From an uncultured Desulfatiglans sp. (GTDB taxonomy: Bacteria; Desulfobacterota; DSM-4660; Desulfatiglandales; Desulfatiglandaceae), in the NCBI GenBank assembly GCA_900498135.1, contig LR026961.1:836373-868372 (forward strand): a stretch of DNA of 32,000 nt, read 5' to 3'. The notes beneath the pieces are model-generated. The model searched no databases. It had not been told where the DNA came from and was given only the letters and a program-made list of their open reading frames with translations. Position numbers and translations under genes: made by a program. Of the stretch, positions 8,707 to 16,781 are shown piece by piece (the stretch's first letter is position 1; every line of letters starts with the position of its first letter).

Positions 8707-10578
8707 TCAGGCGGCCCGGTTTTTTTTCTCCGCCGCCCGGACCAAATGCCGATCCTGGGCCGAAAGCATCCATTTCCGGAGGCGGATGGACTTGGGGGTC
8801 ACTTCGACCAATTCGTCATCCCGGATGAAATCGATCGCCCTTTCGAGAGGCATGGGAGTCGGCGGCGTCAGGATGATATTTTCGTCCTTGCCCGCCGCAC
8901 GCACATTGGAAAGCTTTTTCTCCTTGCACGGATTCACATTGATGTCGTTCTCGCGGTTGTGTTCCCCGATAATCATCCCCTCGTAAACCGCGACCCCAGG
9001 CGGAATGAAGAGGCGGCCGCGCGGCTCCAGGTTGAACAGGGCGTAAGCCACCGAAATGCCCTGACGGTCCGAGACGATAGAGCCGGTGAAACGGGTGGGG
9101 AAAACGCCGCGATAAGGACCGTATCCATCGAAATAGGCGTTCATGATGCCCGTCCCCCTCGTATCGGTCAGGAATTCATCCCGGTAACCGATCAGGGACC
9201 TCGAAGGGACGCTGAATTCCAGACGCGCGCGGCCATGACCGGCGTTGGCGAGATCCACCAGGTGCCCCTTCCGGATGTTCAGCTTTTCCGTCACGACGCC
9301 GATATACGCCTCGTCGCAGTCAATGAAAAGTCGCTCCAGGGGCTCGAGCCGCTGTCCCCCCTCCGTCTTGAAAATCACTTCCGGCCGCCCGACACAAAAC
9401 TCGAAGCCCTCTCTTCGCATGGTCTCGATCAGGATGGCCATCTGGAATTCCCCACGCCCCTTGACGATGAAGCTTTCCCTGTCTTCCGTCTCTTCCACCC
9501 GGATGGCGACGTTGCGCAGGGTTTCCTTGAGGAGGCGTTCGCGGATCTTGCTGGACTGCACGTACCGCCCCTCCCGGCCGGAGAAAGGAGAGGTGTTGAT
9601 GGTGAATTTCATGCTCACCGTCGGTTCGTCCACCCGGATGCGAGGCAGGACCCTCGGAGCCTCACGGGTGCAGATGGTGTCGCCGATCTTCACCTCTTCG
9701 ATCCCCGAGAGGACGATGATGTCTCCCGCCTCGGCCGACTCCGCCTCTTTGAAACCCATTCCCTGATAGGTCTGCAGGGTCACGACTTTGAGGGCCTTCT
9801 CCTTTCCGTCTTCGCCGATGCAGACCAGGCTCTCCTTCTGACGCACTACGCCGTGAACCACGCGGCCGACCGCCAGGCGCCCAAGATAATCCGAATAGCC
9901 GAGATCCGCAACGAGCATCTGGAAAGGCTGTCCGGCACCAGTGGCCGGTGCGGGGATCTCTTTCAGTATCGTGTCGAAGAGAATGTGCAGGTTCTCTGCC
10001 TGATCCTCCAGCCGCTCCTTGACCACGCCCTCCCGGCCGACTGCATACAGAAGGGGAAACTCCAACTGCTCCTCACTGGCCCCGAGGTCGATGAAGAGGT
10101 CGTAGATCTGATCCAGAACGGTCTTCGGCCGGGCATCCTTCCGGTCGATTTTGTTGATGACCACGATCACCTTGAGACCCGCCTCCAGGGTTTTCTTGAG
10201 CACAAACCGCGTCTGGGGAAGTGGTCCTTCGGAGGCGTCCACCAGCAGCAGCGCCCCGTCGGCCATCGAAAGGGCGCGCTCGACCTCCCCGCCGAAATCA
10301 GCATGGCCGGGGGTGTCGATGATGTTGACCTTGACACCCTTCCACTCGACGGAGCAGTTCTTGGCGGCGATGGTGATGCCGCGTTCCCGCTCGAGATCCA
10401 TCGTGTCCATCATCCGCTCGTCCAGGAGCTGCCCTTCGCGGAAGAGGCCGCTTTGCTTGAACATGGCATCCACCAGGGTCGTCTTGCCATGATCCACGTG
10501 GGCGATAATGGCGACATTGCGTATCCGTTCGTTTTTCAAGACCGTCCTCATCTCCCCGATGCTCAGCAACGGGGTCAT
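8707..10578 (-). CDS. typA: Translational GTPase TypA/BipA
   Basis: 623-aa ORF with G1 AHVDHGKTT, G3 DTPGHADFGGEV and G4 NKIDR. The length and domain order are typical of TypA/BipA. An alternative start is the Met 9 codons downstream (10551). An AT-rich promoter-like region lies upstream (10579-10650). Confidence 0.95.
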   Translation of the reverse strand: MTPLLSIGEMRTVLKNERIRNVAIIAHVDHGKTTLVDAMFKQSGLFREGQLLDERMMDTMDLERERGITIAAKNCSVEWKGVKVNIIDTPGHADFGGEVERALSMADGALLLVDASEGPLPQTRFVLKKTLEAGLKVIVVINKIDRKDARPKTVLDQIYDLFIDLGASEEQLEFPLLYAVGREGVVKERLEDQAENLHILFDTILKEIPAPATGAGQPFQMLVADLGYSDYLGRLAVGRVVHGVVRQKESLVCIGEDGKEKALKVVTLQTYQGMGFKEAESAEAGDIIVLSGIEEVKIGDTICTREAPRVLPRIRVDEPTVSMKFTINTSPFSGREGRYVQSSKIRERLLKETLRNVAIRVEETEDRESFIVKGRGEFQMAILIETMRREGFEFCVGRPEVIFKTEGGQRLEPLERLFIDCDEAYIGVVTEKLNIRKGHLVDLANAGHGRARLEFSVPSRSLIGYRDEFLTDTRGTGIMNAYFDGYGPYRGVFPTRFTGSIVSDRQGISVAYALFNLEPRGRLFIPPGVAVYEGMIIGEHNRENDINVNPCKEKKLSNVRAAGKDENIILTPPTPMPLERAIDFIRDDELVEVTPKSIRLRKWMLSAQDRHLVRAAEKKNRAA

Positions 10579-10894
10579 GCTGAAATTAAGATTAAATATT
10601 TCATTTTATTCTTTTTCGGAAGATTATCAATAAAAAAATCGGATTCCAGAGGCGCATCCAGACAGCACTCCAACCCCTGCACCAGACGGAACCCCAGGAC
10701 AGGCCCGGTCCATCCTGCCAACAGAGCCCAAAGAGCAAAACGGTCGCACATCCGCCTGTCAACGCCGCCCTGACGTCGTGCGCTTTTAACGCTTGATTCC
10801 CGGTGCGATAGGCGCTACCTTCGTTCCCATCTCTAAGCATCTATCGAGCCCAGGGGCCTCCTCGATCCGGATACAAGTTCCGTTCCTTCAGTAA

Positions 10895-11265
10895 GTTTCC
10901 ATCCGGAAATGATTTCCCGGTAGAACCCAGTTTCCAATCCGGAAATGAGGACTTTTCTTCACACGCTACGCCTACTCAGTCCCACCGCTTGGCGGCGGGT
11001 CCCGGTTTGGCCCATACTAAAGGAATCAAGCGTTTGCGCGGAGGCGACCTGCAGGTCGCCGCACAAGCAAACGTGCAGATTGACGCCGAGATTGGCCAAA
11101 AAGACCATTTCCAGCAAAACCCGGTTTCCAATCCGGAAATGAGGATTTTTGGCCAATCTCAAGGAAATCAAGCGTTTGCGCGGAGGCGACCTGCAGGTCG
11201 CCGCACAAGCAAACGTGCAGATTGACGCCGAGATTGGCCAAAAAGACCATTTCCGGATGGAAACC
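10895..11265 (+). repeat. Modular intergenic repeat, locus C (two tandem units)
   Basis: Two direct copies share an identical 89-nt stretch (11024-11112 and 11166-11254, 142-bp period). The second unit (11123-11265) is a compact nested palindrome. The first unit carries an extra GC-rich module (ctcagtcccaccgcttggcggcgggtcccggtttggcc). Confidence 0.9.
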
Positions 11266-11299
11266 AATAAACCTAATCGTCAAGAGGTGCGTCGAGGTC

Positions 11300-12214
11300 A
11301 TGATTACTCAGATCTACGAGATTCAAACCCCTGCAGAGGTAGAAGGTTGCCTCGCAGCAGGCGTCGATCACATCGGCACGGTCATCCTCTCGCAGGAGGA
11401 TTTCCAGGACCCCGTCCTGAGGGAAGTCACCCGCATCACCCGGGCGGCGGGCGCCAAAAGCAGCATCATTCCGCTGTTCGATCACGAAGAGTCCCTCCTG
11501 CGAACCATCGACTACTACCAGCCGGATTATCTCCATTTCTGCGAGGCCTTGGTAAGGCCCAGCTTGGAGATCGTTCCACTCGAACCCGTCATGGAGTTGC
11601 AGACACGCATCAAGGAATATGCGCCCCAGGTCGCGATCATCCGCTCCATCCCCGTTCCCCTGCCAGGGCGGTCCGGGGATTTTCCCACGCTCGAAATCGC
11701 GAGGGAACTGGAACCCTCCTCGGATCTCTTCCTGATCGACACCTGGCTCGGCCGTCAACCGGTCGAAGGGTTCATCGGCATCACGGGGCGGGTGCCGGAC
11801 TTGGAACTGTCGCGCTACCTCGTCTGGCAAAGCGCCATACCGGTCATCCTCGCTGGAGGACTCTCGCCCGAAAACGTGTATGACGCCGTCATGGGCGTAA
11901 GTCCGGCAGGCGCCGACAGCTGCACATGGACCAACGCGGCCGGCAAGGACGATAGACCTGTCCGGTTTCAAAAAGATATGGAAAAAGTCCAGCGGTTCGT
12001 CCAGGAAGTACGGAGGGCCGCCGACGCTTTGGCGCAGAGGAGATCTGCGATCGAGAATGAACTGGAACGCCTGAAGGAGGAGTTGGAGGAAAGGGAAAGG
12101 GCCCTGCCCGCCCATTCCGTAAGGCCCCATCAACTGCTCGCGATCGAGGCCGTCGAGGAAGAGATCGCGGCCAGAGAGCGCGAATTGCATGGACTGAGAT
12201 TCATCGACCTCTGA
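11300..12214 (+). CDS. Phosphoribosylanthranilate isomerase (TrpF)-like TIM-barrel protein with C-terminal coiled-coil extension
   Basis: I moved the start to the ATG at 11300 (MITQIYEIQTPAEVE...), which has GAGG ribosome-binding-site candidates upstream. The track start at 11222 lies inside the repeat. PRAI-like pattern: GVDHIGTVI ... FLIDTW ... PVILAGGLSPENVYDAV ... GADSCTWTN..GKDD. The last roughly 70 aa are charged heptad-like (ENELERLKEELEERERAL...). Confidence 0.6.
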   Translation: MITQIYEIQTPAEVEGCLAAGVDHIGTVILSQEDFQDPVLREVTRITRAAGAKSSIIPLFDHEESLLRTIDYYQPDYLHFCEALVRPSLEIVPLEPVMELQTRIKEYAPQVAIIRSIPVPLPGRSGDFPTLEIARELEPSSDLFLIDTWLGRQPVEGFIGITGRVPDLELSRYLVWQSAIPVILAGGLSPENVYDAVMGVSPAGADSCTWTNAAGKDDRPVRFQKDMEKVQRFVQEVRRAADALAQRRSAIENELERLKEELEERERALPAHSVRPHQLLAIEAVEEEIAARERELHGLRFIDL

Positions 12215-12243
12215 AAGGCCGAGGGCGATCCACGGATCTAAAC

Positions 12244-12331
12244 AGATCATATGAAACGGACTGGTCCTCCGTTTTGGATATCTTGGCTGGGGTGTATTTT
12301 ACACCCCGGACCAGCCCGTTTTATATGATCT
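12244..12331. terminator. Long imperfect inverted repeat between convergent genes (candidate bidirectional terminator or structured element)
   Basis: The arms are agatcatatgaaacgg+actggtcc (12244-12267) and ggaccag+cccgttttatatgatct (12308-12331). They pair with one G:T and one bulge. A central hairpin ggggtgt-atttt-acacccc sits between them. The right arm overlaps the stop codon of the CGGC gene. No classical U-tract. Confidence 0.4.
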
Positions 12332-12674
12332 AATGATAGTCGTGCGTCCCGAGCTTGACGGGGATGCCGGTCTTGCCCTCGATCGCCTCCGCCATCTCTT
12401 CGGCACTGGCATAGGGACAACCTGGCTTGGCATTGACCAGGCATGAACTCAAGTAGATTTCATCCGGCTTGATCTCCGAGAGCTTCATGGCCATTCCGAT
12501 ATTCGGGACGATTGTGCGGCCGGGGCACTCGCATTTGACGAATCCGACCACCTGCGATGGCTCATCGAATTTGCCTTCGCCCATCACGGCAGCTTTCAGG
12601 CAACGCCACTCCCCTGGACAGCCATAGCCACTGTCCATATAGGCTCCACACCCGACCACCATCACTTTCTTCAT
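12330..12674 (-). CDS. CGGC-domain-containing putative metal-binding protein
   Basis: 114-aa ORF with Cys-rich motifs VVGCGAYMDSGYGCPGEWRC and FVKCECPGR, typical of the CGGC domain family. A strong AGGAGG ribosome-binding site lies upstream. Confidence 0.7.
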   Translation of the reverse strand: MKKVMVVGCGAYMDSGYGCPGEWRCLKAAVMGEGKFDEPSQVVGFVKCECPGRTIVPNIGMAMKLSEIKPDEIYLSSCLVNAKPGCPYASAEEMAEAIEGKTGIPVKLGTHDYH

Positions 12675-13111
12675 CTTGAACCTCCTATCTGGTTATACTG
12701 TTTATGGAATCATTCGGACGGAAGGCTCCGCCCCGTATTCCCGTTTGGAGAGCGGGTCGACCCCGGAAAACCGTTCCGATTTTCCGCCGCCCGAGGAGAT
12801 AAATTACGCCCCCCTTATACGCCTTTACGGCCGCCATTGGAAGACCTGGAAAGCCGTTCACAAAGGCTCCAGCTAAAAAACCTCCGCAGCGGCGGAACTG
12901 CACCCTCATGCTCAGCATTCAGCCTGCGCCCTTGCACAAAGTGGATATCTTTTATACTATTCGATTCGAGGCGTTGGCTAAAAAATATCCACACCTTGTT
13001 TCGGCGTTGCTGGGAGGTCTTTTCATCGGCTCTCCGTCCGGGATTCTGAGGAGCGTCCATCCGGAATTGAGGAACGAGGGAAGAATCCTCTTCAGGCACG
13101 GCCGCTTCCAG

Positions 13112-13154
13112 GCGAAACACGTGTATCGCTGCCCGGGGAGGGTTTCGCTTTTTT
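13112..13154 (+). terminator. Weak rho-independent terminator-like hairpin plus T6 tract
   Basis: A gcgaaac (13112-13118) / gtttcgc (13142-13148) 7-bp stem is followed by tttttt (13149-13154). The 23-nt loop is large, so confidence is low. It lies in a gene-free region. Confidence 0.25.
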
Positions 13155-13228
13155 GTGATGTTTCAAACCATTGGCCTTGAATTTGCTTGTGTTTGCAGAC
13201 AGCCCGGGGCAGCGGCCCCCATACCGAA

Positions 13229-13441
13229 GACGCCGTGCGTGCTCAGTCCCACCGCTTCGAGGCGGGTCCCGGTTCCTCCGCGCCTTTCGGTGCTCACTCC
13301 CACCCCTGCAGGGTGGATTTCAATTTGGCCAAGCTTTAGGAAATCAAGCGTTTGCGCGGAGGCGACCTGGCGGCCGCCGAACAGGCAAACGTGAAGATTG
13401 ACGCCGATATTGACCAAAAATGACCCTTTCCGAATGGAAAC
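13229..13441 (+). repeat. Modular intergenic repeat, locus D
   Basis: Has two GC-rich modules (gctcagtcccaccgcttcgaggcgggtcccggtt and gctcactcccacccctgcagggtgg). These are followed by the core aatcaagcgtttgcgcggaggcgacctggcggccgccgaacaggcaaacgtgaagattgacgccgatattgaccaaaaatgaccctttccgaatggaaac. A related 5' box (tccatccggaattgaggaa) sits further upstream at 13056-13074. Confidence 0.8.
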
Positions 13442-13472
13442 CCATCCCATGAATACGGATTGAGGCTTCTGC

Positions 13473-15287
13473 ATGGCACTTCAACGGCCCAAAGGCGGGT
13501 TCTGGGCAGGCACGCCCCCCTGGATCATTCTCGGGGTCCTGGTGATTCTGGCCCCGCTCTTCGTCTTCTTGACCCTTCAGACCATCCAGCGGCGGAACGA
13601 ACTGACGACCGAGCTTCTCCTGGAAAAGGGGGAAGCCCTGATCCGTTCCTTCGAGGCAGGGGCACGCACCGGTATGATGGGGATGCAATGGGGTGGAATG
13701 CAGGTCCAGCGACTGCTCGTGGAAACCGCCCGGCAGTCCGATATCCACTACCTGATGGTCACGGACGAAACGGGGCGCATCCTGGCCCACAGCGATATCG
13801 CGCGGATCGGGGAAACGTACGGAGCCGGGTTGGGCCTTGCCGGGATCGCCGCCTCTGAGAAACTCAACTGGCGCCGCTTGAGCCCTCCCGGAGAGGATTC
13901 CCCCGTCTTCGAGGTATTCCGCCCCTTTTCTCCCACACGGTCGGCCAGAGGGCACTTCATGCGGCGCGGCCCCGGGGGGAACGGTCTGCGGCATCCGGAT
14001 GCCCCCTCCACCGACTGGTGCCGGCTGCACCTGGAAGGCGGCGACCCCGCTCCCGGAAGCCGCCAGATCGTCTTTGTCGGACTCGACATGGGCCCCATCG
14101 AAGCCGCCAGACAGGACGACCTGCGGCACACGGTCCTCACGGCCGGCATCCTTCTCCTCATCGGGTTGACGGCGATGTCCCTGCTCTTTCTCGCGCAGGC
14201 CTACCGATCCACCCGAACCGCGTTGTCGAGCGTTCAGGCCTTCACCGGGCACCTCATCGAGCGGATGCCCGTCGGTCTCATAGCGGTCGACCCCGACGGC
14301 CAATTCACCTCCTTCAATCAAACTGCCGGGCGTATGATCGGAGTTCAGATCCGTGACATGCTCGGCAAACCTGCCCGGGAGCATCTCCCGAAGGTGCTGC
14401 TCGACGTCGTCGACGCCGTCGCCGAAACGCATCAGCCGATGGAACTGGAGGTGGCGCTCCCCGCAGGACAAAACGGGCCCCTGCCCTGCGACGTGATGGG
14501 AACCCTGCTTCGAAGAGACGATGGCACCCCCTTCGGGGTCCTGATCATTCTCAGGGACCTCTCGGAAATCCAGCACCTCAAACGGGAGGTCGCCAGGAGC
14601 CAGCGCCTCGCATCCGTCGGCAAACTGGCGGCCGGGGTCGCCCATGAGATCCGGAATCCGCTCAGCTCCATCAAAGGGTTCGCCACCTGGTTCAAACAAA
14701 GGCACCACGACGATCCGGCGGACCGCAAGACCGCGGACATCATGATCCAGGAGGTCGACCGTCTGAACCGCGTGATTTCCCAACTGCTGGAATTCGCCCG
14801 CCCGCCGGCCCTGCATCGGGAGCCGACCGAGATCGGGGCCTTGGTGCTCCGCTCGCTCGAAACGGTGCGCGATCAGGCGGAAAGGCGACGAATCCGCATC
14901 GAAACGGACCTGGAACCGACGGACCGCCCCGTCAACATCGACCGTGACCGCATCAGGCAAGTGCTCCTGAATCTGTATCTGAACGCCATGGAGGCGATGG
15001 AGGAACAGGGGATGATGCGCGTCTCCGTCAAGCGCGAAGAGGCATCCGGGACCCTTGCCATCAGGATTGCCGACACCGGCAAGGGGATCGCGGAGCAGGA
15101 TCTGCAGAACATTTTCGATCCTTATTTCACGACCAAACCGTCCGGCACCGGCCTGGGATTGGCCATTGTGCACACCATTGTCGAGGCCCATGGGGGTGAA
15201 ACGCTGGTGCAAAGCAGCTTGGGGGCCGGGACCACCGTGACGGTACGTCTGCCTGCAGATGCGCACGAGAAAGGCTCGCCGGGCTGA
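13473..15287 (+). CDS. Membrane sensor histidine kinase (periplasmic sensor, PAS, HisKA, HATPase_c)
   Basis: 604-aa ORF with two TM segments flanking a sensor region and a PAS-like segment (LIERMPVGLIAVDPDGQFTSFNQ). H-box AAGVAHEIRNPLSSIKGF, N-box LLNLYLNAMEAM, G-boxes DTGKGI and GTGLGLAIV. Confidence 0.9.
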   Translation: MALQRPKGGFWAGTPPWIILGVLVILAPLFVFLTLQTIQRRNELTTELLLEKGEALIRSFEAGARTGMMGMQWGGMQVQRLLVETARQSDIHYLMVTDETGRILAHSDIARIGETYGAGLGLAGIAASEKLNWRRLSPPGEDSPVFEVFRPFSPTRSARGHFMRRGPGGNGLRHPDAPSTDWCRLHLEGGDPAPGSRQIVFVGLDMGPIEAARQDDLRHTVLTAGILLLIGLTAMSLLFLAQAYRSTRTALSSVQAFTGHLIERMPVGLIAVDPDGQFTSFNQTAGRMIGVQIRDMLGKPAREHLPKVLLDVVDAVAETHQPMELEVALPAGQNGPLPCDVMGTLLRRDDGTPFGVLIILRDLSEIQHLKREVARSQRLASVGKLAAGVAHEIRNPLSSIKGFATWFKQRHHDDPADRKTADIMIQEVDRLNRVISQLLEFARPPALHREPTEIGALVLRSLETVRDQAERRRIRIETDLEPTDRPVNIDRDRIRQVLLNLYLNAMEAMEEQGMMRVSVKREEASGTLAIRIADTGKGIAEQDLQNIFDPYFTTKPSGTGLGLAIVHTIVEAHGGETLVQSSLGAGTTVTVRLPADAHEKGSPG

Positions 15288-15404
15288 GTGCACGCAGCCG
15301 CCGGTCGATGCTCGACGGCCGAGCCGGCCGCCTGAACTCCGGCCGGAATACGCCGCCCGTGACAGCGGGGGCAGGACAAAGCCATCATCGAAAGGAGTCA
15401 TGGG

Positions 15405-16781
15405 GTGCAGCAGAAAGGGACCATCCTGATCGTCGACGATGATACGGCCCATCGGACGATGCTCTCGACATTGAGCGAAGGATGGGGATATACCGTCGTC
15501 GAAGCCGCCGACGGCGAGGAGGCCATCGCCAAGGCCCGTGAGCAGGCCTTCGATCTGATCCTGATGGATATCCGCATGCTCAAGGTCTCGGGCCTCGAGG
15601 CCCTGGGCGCCATCAAGGCGTTCAATCCCGCCATCCCCATCATCGTCATGACGGCCTACGCATCGGTCGAAACGGCCGTGAGCGCCCTGAAGCAGGGCGC
15701 GTACGATTATCTCACGAAGCCGCTCGATTTCGACGAACTGCAGCTGACCATGGAAAGGGCGATGGAGCATCTGCGCCTGAAGGAAGAAAACAAGCGGCTG
15801 AAGGAGACATTGGGTGAAACCTTCGATGCGCGGCGGATCATCGGCTCGAGCCCCGCGATGGTCAAATTGCTCCAGACGGTTGCGAGGGTCGCGCCTTCCG
15901 AGGCGACGGTCCTGATCAGCGGGGAATCCGGCACGGGAAAAGAACTCATTGCCGCCGCCATCCATTTCAACAGCCCCCGGAAGGACGGACCCTTCGTCAA
16001 GATGAACTGCGCAGCCCTGACCGAGACCCTCCTCGAATCGGAGTTGTTCGGTCATGAAAAGGGCGCCTTCACCGGCGCTCACCGCCTCAAGGAAGGGAAG
16101 TTCCGGCAGGCGCACGGCGGAAGCCTCTTTCTCGACGAGGTCGGCGAAATGCCCCTCTCCATGCAGGCGAAGCTCCTCCGGGTGCTGCAGGAAAGGGAGC
16201 TTGTCCGTGTAGGCGGCGAACAGGTGCTGAAGGTCGACGTCCGCGTCATCGCCGCCACCAATCGGGACCTGCCCGAGTCCGTCCGGGACGGCCGCTTCAG
16301 GGAAGACCTGTACTACCGGCTGAACGTGGTCGGGCTGGAGGTCCCTCCCCTGAGGGAAAGAAGGGAGGACATTCCCTTGCTGGCGGAGCATTTCCTGAAG
16401 CAATTTGCGGAAAAGAACCGCAAGACCCTCAAGGGATTGACCCCTCAGGCGATGGACCGGCTGCTCCGCTACCCTTGGCCGGGCAATGTGCGCGAACTGA
16501 TGAACGTCATCGAACGCGCGGTGGTTCTGGCACGCAGCGAGGTTCTGGATACCGAAGACCTCCTCCTGGAACGCGGGGCCGATCGTGTGGAAAACTCAGC
16601 CGGGCCGGCGGACACCATGGAGGTGGGGCCGGCGGACATTCCGCTTGAAGAAGTCGAACGGGTGACCATCCTGAAGACCCTTGAATCGGCGGGTGGAAAC
16701 AAGAGCGAAGCGGCCCGGCGCCTTGGAATCACCCGGCGGACACTGCATCAGAAACTGAAGAAATACGGGGTTATGCCGTAA
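15405..16781 (+). CDS. Sigma54-dependent response regulator (NtrC/AtoC/ZraR family)
   Basis: 458-aa ORF with a GTG start 7 nt after AAAGGAG. Receiver domain (ILIVDDD ... LILMDIRM). AAA+ sigma54-interaction domain (GESGTGKE, GAFTGA, DEVGEM). C-terminal Fis-type HTH (AARRLGITRRTLHQKLKKYG). Confidence 0.95.
   Translation: MQQKGTILIVDDDTAHRTMLSTLSEGWGYTVVEAADGEEAIAKAREQAFDLILMDIRMLKVSGLEALGAIKAFNPAIPIIVMTAYASVETAVSALKQGAYDYLTKPLDFDELQLTMERAMEHLRLKEENKRLKETLGETFDARRIIGSSPAMVKLLQTVARVAPSEATVLISGESGTGKELIAAAIHFNSPRKDGPFVKMNCAALTETLLESELFGHEKGAFTGAHRLKEGKFRQAHGGSLFLDEVGEMPLSMQAKLLRVLQERELVRVGGEQVLKVDVRVIAATNRDLPESVRDGRFREDLYYRLNVVGLEVPPLRERREDIPLLAEHFLKQFAEKNRKTLKGLTPQAMDRLLRYPWPGNVRELMNVIERAVVLARSEVLDTEDLLLERGADRVENSAGPADTMEVGPADIPLEEVERVTILKTLESAGGNKSEAARRLGITRRTLHQKLKKYGVMP

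Noticed and set aside
8536-10773. A 745-aa plus-strand ORF opposite typA.
   Set aside because: It has the same codon-register antisense shadow explanation (8536 and the typA triplets are both congruent to 1 mod 3). It has no motifs, whereas typA on the minus strand has complete GTPase G1-G4 motifs.
10945-11301. Small ORFs inside the repeats that give recurring peptides (for example KEIKRLRGGDLQVAAQANVQIDAEIGQKDHF, seen in both tandem units of locus C).
   Set aside because: The recurrence simply reflects nucleotide identity of the copies. In loci A, B and D, indels shift or break the frame. The ORFs lack ribosome-binding sites, and the same DNA is open in several frames on both strands. The track starts at 11149 and 11222, which extend into the TrpF-like gene, are artefacts of this.
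4924-13441. Whether the repeated sequences form a CRISPR array.
   Set aside because: The repeats are 90-250 nt modular units dispersed over four separate intergenic loci. They are not 25-40-nt direct repeats alternating with unique spacers of constant size. One locus is inverted relative to the others. No cas genes are present.
13344-16403. A 1019-aa minus-strand ORF spanning the histidine kinase gene, the intergenic gap and part of the response regulator gene.
   Set aside because: It is an antisense shadow. Its codons are in exactly the same triplet register as both plus-strand genes (both start at positions divisible by 3). An antisense stop therefore requires a sense TTA, CTA or TCA codon, and these are rare in this GC-rich codon usage. 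The translation is low-complexity (G/R/P/D/H-rich) with no recognisable motif. It begins inside the repeat element. The plus-strand genes have unambiguous HisKA/HATPase and receiver/AAA+/HTH motifs.
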